This document shows positions 58,413 through 64,000 of a DNA stretch of 64,000 nucleotides, one piece after another. The notes under the pieces were generated by a model that had not been told where the DNA came from, did no database searches, and saw nothing but the letters and a program-made list of their open reading frames with translations. The DNA is taken from positions 209,026 to 273,025 of the IMG/VR virus record IMGVR_UViG_3300020442_000005; one strand, 5' to 3'. The first letter of the stretch is position 1; each line of letters starts with the position of its first letter. The position numbers and the translations under genes are program-made.

Positions 58413-58841
58413 ATGAAATTTCATACAGAAGAAGTAAACGTAAAAATCTGCAAAAACCTGGCTCGCGACGCTAGCGCGTCAGTACTAGAAAAGGTCAAAG
58501 AGGCGCGCGCATTCCTTGAAGGCATGATTGCTGCAGGAGCCATGGCTCCGGGTGAGTATGTAATCTCTCGTAAGGGACTTAAAGGAAATGGTTCTGGACC
58601 ACTCAATCACGGCGGGGACCGATATGGCCATTACCACAGTACGGGTGAGTTTGGTCATACTCTAGAGTCTGCACTGCGAAACAACTGGGATCCAGCTGCA
58701 AACTGGTCTGGTGACCATACGAGCCTTTGGGTTAATCGTATTGATGGTACTCCTTGTTTTATGACAAGAAAAGGGCATGAGAAATCTTATTGCGCCTTAT
58801 CAACCGCAACTCGAAGACGATTCACTTCATCAGGTCTCTAA
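58413..58841 (+). CDS. hypothetical protein
   Basis: AGGAG SD before ATG 58413. Confidence 0.68.
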   Translation: MKFHTEEVNVKICKNLARDASASVLEKVKEARAFLEGMIAAGAMAPGEYVISRKGLKGNGSGPLNHGGDRYGHYHSTGEFGHTLESALRNNWDPAANWSGDHTSLWVNRIDGTPCFMTRKGHEKSYCALSTATRRRFTSSGL

Positions 58842-58965
58842 AAGGTAAACGTGATTTTCTCCGGAGAAGCCTAAAAACTCAAAAATTTCCGGAGAAAATT
58901 TTGCCAAACTTTTCAGTTATCAATCTTAATCAACTACAACAATAAAACCATCAAATGGAGAAAAC

Positions 58966-59454
58966 ATGACATTTATTAAACTTACGCCACATATGGACTT
59001 ACGGATGAGTACAGAAATCTTAGGTAAAAATGGCGATCACATCCCGATTAATCAGTTAAAGGATCCAAAGACCGGTTTTTCTTATACTGATTCTGCGACC
59101 GTACCTTGTATGGTGAATGTAAATCAGGTTGCAAGAGTATACACGGGAAAGGTATTCACTAGCCAATCACTTAGCAGCTCACGTATACCAAATCCGGATG
59201 CACTGTTCTATGACAGTATGGAATATGCTCGAGATGAGCTAAAACATACAATTGTTGAGATGACTAATGGCCATTATTTTTCTGTCATTGAGTTACCTGA
59301 ATACGTTTCATATCTGATTGCAGGGCGTTCACCTCGAAACTGGCCAACCAACGTTAAGCGATACCATACTTTACCTTTGTCTAGAATGCAGGATGACGAA
59401 GAGGCAATCCCGGAGATGGATGAGATTCCGGTATCCCAAAACTACATCGGTTAA
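58966..59454 (+). CDS. hypothetical protein
   Basis: GGAG SD; FIKLT...VN..Q...T...M.NG...V.E pattern. Confidence 0.68.
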   Translation: MTFIKLTPHMDLRMSTEILGKNGDHIPINQLKDPKTGFSYTDSATVPCMVNVNQVARVYTGKVFTSQSLSSSRIPNPDALFYDSMEYARDELKHTIVEMTNGHYFSVIELPEYVSYLIAGRSPRNWPTNVKRYHTLPLSRMQDDEEAIPEMDEIPVSQNYIG

Positions 59455-59474
59455 GATACTACCCGGGAACTGTT

Positions 59475-59666
59475 ATGAAGATAGGTGATATGGTAAAAAA
59501 ATCTGATGGTTATGGATCCGAATGCAGACCACAGTGGGTTGGTTTGGTCGTTGATATAACGATCGAGAATATCCCTACTTCTGGCAGTTCCCGCCTTTAT
59601 TTAGACGTATTATTGCCAAGTGGAGAGATTGAATCTTGGCTAGCATCAATGTGTGAGGTTATATGA
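59475..59666 (+). CDS. small SH3/KOW-like protein (MKIGDMV)
   Basis: family motif. Confidence 0.65.
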   Translation: MKIGDMVKKSDGYGSECRPQWVGLVVDITIENIPTSGSSRLYLDVLLPSGEIESWLASMCEVI

Positions 59667-59839
59667 GTATTGGTGATTTAGTATCCTCGGCCTGGAATGG
59701 CAGAAATGGATGGATTGGAATAATTGTAGATAAAGTCCGAAGTTTGGGCTCGTCGACAAAGTACGTTGTTATGTGGGGAAACGGTCAGACAGATACAGTA
59801 TTCGGCCGAGATCTGATTCCTATCACGCCGGTGAAGTAA
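59663..59839 (+). CDS. small SH3/KOW-like protein (MSIGDLV; not in ORF track)
   Basis: GAGG SD, ATGA overlap, GIIV...V.W motif. Confidence 0.65.
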   Translation: MSIGDLVSSAWNGRNGWIGIIVDKVRSLGSSTKYVVMWGNGQTDTVFGRDLIPITPVK

Positions 59840-60039
59840 TGAAAGTCGGTGATTTAGTTTTCGAAGTGCCATTCGGAAAGGAGTGGTTTCAAAAAAACCC
59901 ATGGCTCACTTCTCCCGGTTTTGGTATTATTACTGAACTTATTAGCGAATATAAAGTAATGGTCTGGTGGTCAAGCGGTGAATATCAAGGTCGGCTCGAA
60001 GAGTATGATACTGATTACCTTGTTAAGGTGGAAGCATGA
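59839..60039 (+). CDS. small SH3/KOW-like protein (MKVGDLV)
   Basis: family motif, TAATG coupling. Confidence 0.65.
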   Translation: MKVGDLVFEVPFGKEWFQKNPWLTSPGFGIITELISEYKVMVWWSSGEYQGRLEEYDTDYLVKVEA

Positions 60040-60236
60040 AAGTCGGTGATTTAGTTATGCATAAGATTAAATACCAAGAGGGACGCGCTCGTCGCGAGTG
60101 GGGAGTCGGGTATGTGATCGAGGTGCATCGTGTCATGTACGAGAACCACATGCCTTTTGTGACTGTTATGTGGCCGAAGTGGAATAAGGAGACAAAGGGT
60201 TCTCAAGTTTATTTGGAGGTGATAAGTGAAGTTTAA
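60036..60236 (+). CDS. small SH3/KOW-like protein (MKVGDLV)
   Basis: family motif; first 21 nt identical to 59839 gene. Confidence 0.65.
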   Translation: MKVGDLVMHKIKYQEGRARREWGVGYVIEVHRVMYENHMPFVTVMWPKWNKETKGSQVYLEVISEV

Positions 60237-60435
60237 GATAGGTGATATGATTAAGATGCGTCGATTAGATCCGTATCAATACGGTATCTTAATAGAATCT
60301 GATTACGAAACATCAATCGGTACGCCGTTTGATTGGCTCGTTATGTTCTTTGACGGAAGTTTCGCCGGATGCGATGAAAGAGAGTTTGAGAGAATACAAA
60401 GTTTAAACATGGAGAAAAGTTATGAATTGGTTTAA
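60226..60435 (+). CDS. small SH3/KOW-like protein (KFKIGDMI)
   Basis: GGAGG SD, GTG start. Confidence 0.62.
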   Translation: MKFKIGDMIKMRRLDPYQYGILIESDYETSIGTPFDWLVMFFDGSFAGCDEREFERIQSLNMEKSYELV

Positions 60436-60643
60436 AAGACTATTTGGCTGGAAGACAACTGAAGAGAAGGAACTTGATAGATTACGCAAGAAGTGCGAAA
60501 AGCTTCAAAAGAAGGGCTTTGACGCACAACGAAACGGCAATCTTCGATTGGCCGGCGAGTACTATCAAGAGGCGCAACAAATAGAGGATAAGATAGTTGA
60601 GTTGACAACCAATGCTACGGTAGGTTTGAATGAGCCCGGGTGA
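60422..60643 (+). CDS. small helical protein
   Basis: F.AQRNG.LR.A...QEA..IE motif; GGAG SD. Confidence 0.65.
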   Translation: MNWFKRLFGWKTTEEKELDRLRKKCEKLQKKGFDAQRNGNLRLAGEYYQEAQQIEDKIVELTTNATVGLNEPG

Positions 60644-60851
60644 AGTCGTTATGTTTATAAATCGTAAGAGTCTATATGCAAAATGGTTTTACGGTCAATT
60701 GGGTATTGTCGAGAGTTATGTTCCGTACGGTGCTGATGGTTATTCACACTGTAGGGTGCGCTGGCTGAATCCTGTTAAGTATGGCGATAGGTTTGCAACA
60801 TATTCAAATTTTCGTGCTGACAATTTTACCAAGGAGTGGGGCGATGCTTGA
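60630..60851 (+). CDS. small SH3-like protein
   Basis: PGEVV...GIV...RVRW. Confidence 0.6.
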   Translation: MSPGEVVMFINRKSLYAKWFYGQLGIVESYVPYGADGYSHCRVRWLNPVKYGDRFATYSNFRADNFTKEWGDA

Positions 60852-61101
60852 TCTTGATTTTGCTGTAGGCGACCGGGTAAAAGTGGTATCTAAGATTTTA
60901 TCGGTGGATCCTTACAAGGCTGTTGAGACCCGGGTAGTGTCCAATGAGATGGTTGGCCTGGTTATAAACATAGACGCAAGGCTTAGGAAGGGAGCAACCT
61001 GGAAGAAGGCTGGCTACATAGTGTCTGTTTATGTGGATGAGGGTCTTGGATTGTGGGAGTTCGGGACTGATTATTGGAAGATTCGGAAGATAACGGAATG
61101 A
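60844..61101 (+). CDS. small SH3-like protein (FAVGDRV)
   Basis: AGGAG SD; family motif. Confidence 0.62.
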   Translation: MLDLDFAVGDRVKVVSKILSVDPYKAVETRVVSNEMVGLVINIDARLRKGATWKKAGYIVSVYVDEGLGLWEFGTDYWKIRKITE

Positions 61102-61265
61102 TTAGACCGCACGTGCCGATCGGTCAATTGGTTTTGGTAGGCGGTCAACTGCCTGGTATTATATTGGCCCGACTTGACGGGTATTGTTATTCTGTGTTCG
61201 TAATGGGTGGCGTGCATGTTATACATCGGGATGATATGATCATTGTCGATCCGGACGATTATTAG
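61098..61265 (+). CDS. small SH3-like protein
   Basis: IGQLV...GII...Y.V. Confidence 0.55.
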   Translation: MIRPHVPIGQLVLVGGQLPGIILARLDGYCYSVFVMGGVHVIHRDDMIIVDPDDY

Positions 61266-61307
61266 GTTGTACATTGGTTGTTCGGTATGTATAGTGGATT
61301 ATAGCAA

Positions 61308-61372
61308 TGGATTCGCGCTTATCCTGGGGGATAGCGCGAAAAGCTGGTGGGCCCCCTCGCCGCTTCGCGGCA
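61308..61372 (+). ncRNA. candidate structured leader or small RNA
   Basis: GC-rich hairpins TTCGCGCT(T)ATCC/GGATAGCGCGAA and GCCGC/GCGGC directly after promoter TTGTAC-N17-TATAGT. Confidence 0.45.
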
Positions 61373-61401
61373 TTTAAAAGATAAATCTTAAGGAGAAAAA
61401 A

Positions 61402-62082
61402 ATGAAAAAAGCAGAGTTGAAAGCATGGTTGAACAAGGACAAGGTAAATCGTCGATTTATACGTCGGATTGGTATACCTCAATATACACTTGTCGACATA
61501 ACCAACACTAAAGAGCTTGAGGACATAAAGAACGAGTTTATAAGAATCTGCAGAAGCGATAACCACTTTAAACAAGTAGAGAAGGAAAAGGGCAGTGATT
61601 TTAGCAAGTTGGTTTTAGATAGAATGTTTGACTCTAGTTTTTGGCAAGGCTATTGGTATAAAAGAAGACACGAGTCTCGTAATTTGCTGTCGACATGGAG
61701 TTATTTGTTGAAAAACGTGTTAGGTGATACAGCCCGGCCATGGGAAGCCAGATCAAAAGTGAGCAGATTTTTTAGCAACGTGCGATTATTCTTTCGAAAT
61801 AAAAAAGCAAAGTTGATTGAATCAAACACAGATATAGTATACACGGTGAAAAGCAACACATGGGGCGAGCTGGTTGAATCTAAGTTTCTTACAACCTGGA
61901 GTTATAAGAGAAACACAATCAAACCTGGCATGCCCATATTGTTCATAGAGAAGGACTATGCTAATCGTTATATATTCATGGTTGGTTCAGAATATGTTTG
62001 TTTGTCTTTGCCTTCGCTCATGAAAGTAAAAGAGTTGCAGCAAACAGATATAGCAGTAGCTCCAGAACTGAGAAACAAATGA
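61402..62082 (+). CDS. hypothetical protein
   Basis: AGGAG SD, 226 aa. Confidence 0.72.
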   Translation: MKKAELKAWLNKDKVNRRFIRRIGIPQYTLVDITNTKELEDIKNEFIRICRSDNHFKQVEKEKGSDFSKLVLDRMFDSSFWQGYWYKRRHESRNLLSTWSYLLKNVLGDTARPWEARSKVSRFFSNVRLFFRNKKAKLIESNTDIVYTVKSNTWGELVESKFLTTWSYKRNTIKPGMPILFIEKDYANRYIFMVGSEYVCLSLPSLMKVKELQQTDIAVAPELRNK

Positions 62083-62182
62083 AATATTTTCTTTGTTCAT
62101 ATAGAGGGATGCTGTTTATACTAGCTTTTTTATCTTTGCTTATTTTGTGCAATTACATTATCTTTAAAATAGGTGGTCAAAT

Positions 62183-62506
62183 ATGAATACTATGTTTATG
62201 AAAAAAGAAAACATGTTAACGTTAGATGATATTATACCCTGCTCAACAAAGAAGAAAAATGATTTTCTTGACCTGGTGCCTCTCGAGAAGTCCGTACGTG
62301 GTGACAGCGATTATTTTATTTTAGAAAGACTTAAGATAATAAGTCTCAAAAGCAAGTGGGATATAAACGAAGCAACGGTTGCTGTTCGAGAAGCATGTAT
62401 CAAAGAGTGGTATCGTCGTTATGGCGAAGGCGCGCCTATACCAGACGTAGAACTTAGTCCAGAGGCTTTGGCGCAGATCGAGGCAGACAAGGAGGTTTTG
62501 TTATGA
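62183..62506 (+). CDS. hypothetical protein
   Basis: ORF in operon. Confidence 0.62.
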   Translation: MNTMFMKKENMLTLDDIIPCSTKKKNDFLDLVPLEKSVRGDSDYFILERLKIISLKSKWDINEATVAVREACIKEWYRRYGEGAPIPDVELSPEALAQIEADKEVLL

Positions 62507-62799
62507 TTTCAAAAGAGCCCGGGCTTTATAAAGCTGGTGATAGGGTGTGGATAAATAAACTATTTGTTATGGGTGACGTTACCATGGAGGTAGTTGATTT
62601 AAAGAACCCTTTTATAGCAACCGTTAAGGAAGTTAAAGAACGCTGTTCAGAGCCATTTGGAGTGCCATACGTCATTAGTCTTCCAAAACATATTACGAAA
62701 AAACATAATTGTGCAAATGCATGTTATTGGGAGACAGACATAATTTGCAAAGTTGAGGATGAAGAGGATTTATTTTGGAAAGTTTGGGGAGATCAATGA
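62503..62799 (+). CDS. SH3-like protein
   Basis: AGGAGG SD; YK.GDRVWI. Confidence 0.65.
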   Translation: MISKEPGLYKAGDRVWINKLFVMGDVTMEVVDLKNPFIATVKEVKERCSEPFGVPYVISLPKHITKKHNCANACYWETDIICKVEDEEDLFWKVWGDQ

Positions 62800-63152
62800 T
62801 AATTAGTGATGGGATGCGATCGAAAGAAGAATCTGATAATGGAGTGTTTGGAAAAATGAACCGTGTACGAGCAGTCGAGCTTAGTTTAATCGCTCAAAGG
62901 GTGTATGATCCCGGAGATTATATTGCAGAGATCAAAGAGATATTCAGGTGTATCACTGAAAACAAAGAGTACGATGACGCTCCCGAGCTAAGTAAATCTC
63001 AACTTATAACCATCCTGGAGAATCTTACTGCTGATTCAAGTCATCCTGGTAAATACAGTATTAGACAGATACTTATAGAAGGTGAAAAAACTGAATCTTC
63101 GCGCGAAAGAAAAAAATACTTGGAAACAATACAAGCGATTCTGTTTGCGTGA
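62796..63152 (+). CDS. hypothetical protein
   Basis: GGAG SD, ATGA overlap. Confidence 0.62.
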   Translation: MIISDGMRSKEESDNGVFGKMNRVRAVELSLIAQRVYDPGDYIAEIKEIFRCITENKEYDDAPELSKSQLITILENLTADSSHPGKYSIRQILIEGEKTESSRERKKYLETIQAILFA

Positions 63153-63169
63153 GATAAGCGGAGACTGCA

Positions 63170-64000
63170 ATGCTTCATGATATATTAAAACTAGTTGACC
63201 AAGTACCGGTTACAGCTGATTGGAAAACAAAGGTCACCCGGAGTGATGGTGTCGATTTAGATCCCATGCCCGGTTTTGACGCTATGTTTACATTTAGAAT
63301 TGAGCCGAAAGGTGCAAAACTTAAGAAAGTCATAGATCAAATGGCGCAAGAGTCACCAAAGTATAGAAAGATTTTTGGCAATCTGCCGACTTCACGATCA
63401 AAGCTTTTAAGAATTTTGACTGATAGACAGCCTGGTGAATCAATTGATTTAGCAAACGCGAAAGCTGCAGCAATCAAAGCGTTTTACCGCGCTCAAAAAC
63501 CATTGCTTGATCAAATTGAGGAATCTCTTAAAACGAACTATCCGGGTAAAGCATTCATATTTAATCCTATTGAGTTTAAATATTCTGGCGCCGGTGATAC
63601 AGTATGGGAGGCCTATGTTTATTCTGAGTCTGATAAGCCTGCTGAATTGCCGGAGCCTATAGAATTACCGGTTGAAACAACTCCGGAAGATTTAGTAGTC
63701 GCACCAGAGCCACGGCAGCCAAAAGCCGAAGACCCTGATGAGCTAATTAAAGTTGAAAAGCATATCCTGTCTCGCGAAGAAATAGATGCCATTATAGACG
63801 GCATTGTTGTCAAGCTTGGTCTCAATCCAAATACTGATCTTACCGTAGTTAATGATGCCGCGACAGCCTTAAATGAGTATGAGGACATGAGATATAGTTC
63901 CGTATTGCCCAAGATACCAACCGTCGTAGTTTCTGATTCGTATAACACGAGAAATCCACGCAAAGAAACATATAAAGACGGAACTGAAATGATACACATT
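63170..64000 (+). CDS. hypothetical protein, truncated by window end (not in ORF track)
   Basis: GGAG SD; MLHDILKLVDQVPV... reads open toward the window end. Confidence 0.65.
   Translation, partial: MLHDILKLVDQVPVTADWKTKVTRSDGVDLDPMPGFDAMFTFRIEPKGAKLKKVIDQMAQESPKYRKIFGNLPTSRSKLLRILTDRQPGESIDLANAKAAAIKAFYRAQKPLLDQIEESLKTNYPGKAFIFNPIEFKYSGAGDTVWEAYVYSESDKPAELPEPIELPVETTPEDLVVAPEPRQPKAEDPDELIKVEKHILSREEIDAIIDGIVVKLGLNPNTDLTVVNDAATALNEYEDMRYSSVLPKIPTVVVSDSYNTRNPRKETYKDGTEMIHI

Noticed and set aside
63619-63999. Minus-strand 126-aa ORF and the many other antisense ORFs in the track
   Set aside because: Shadows of better supported genes on the opposite strand (here a + ORF starting at 63170).

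Overview
A 64-kb fragment of a large (jumbo-like) tailed dsDNA bacteriophage, probably aquatic. The evidence is dense, mostly + strand short ORFans, no cellular housekeeping operons, a tRNA cluster and phage-type repair genes, all in the standard genetic code. Recognisable content: uvsE, two GIY-YIG nucleases, a mini-DnaJ, a contiguous metK-queF-like-metH-ahcY block (a full methionine/SAM cycle), an MBD4-like glycosylase, six tRNAs plus two non-canonical tRNA-like RNAs, a cysteine synthase, a HAD phosphatase, three lipoproteins, a cytosine deaminase-like amidohydrolase, a SAM methyltransferase and a truncated RadA/Sms. The most striking structure is a ~15-kb tandem array (39421-54637) of about 20 genes. 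They share an N-terminal leader MKxLRQYIRKILLxE, which resembles a capsid-targeting peptide cleaved by a prohead protease, fused to variable cargo: nine GNAT-like acetyltransferases and about seven putative ADP-ribosyltransferase-fold proteins. My inference is a virion-packaged, injected host-modification arsenal. A conserved early promoter/5'-hairpin family and a repeat-flanked, strand-skewed region around radA (possible origin or terminus) are also visible. All functional calls come from reading motifs by eye; no searches were run.
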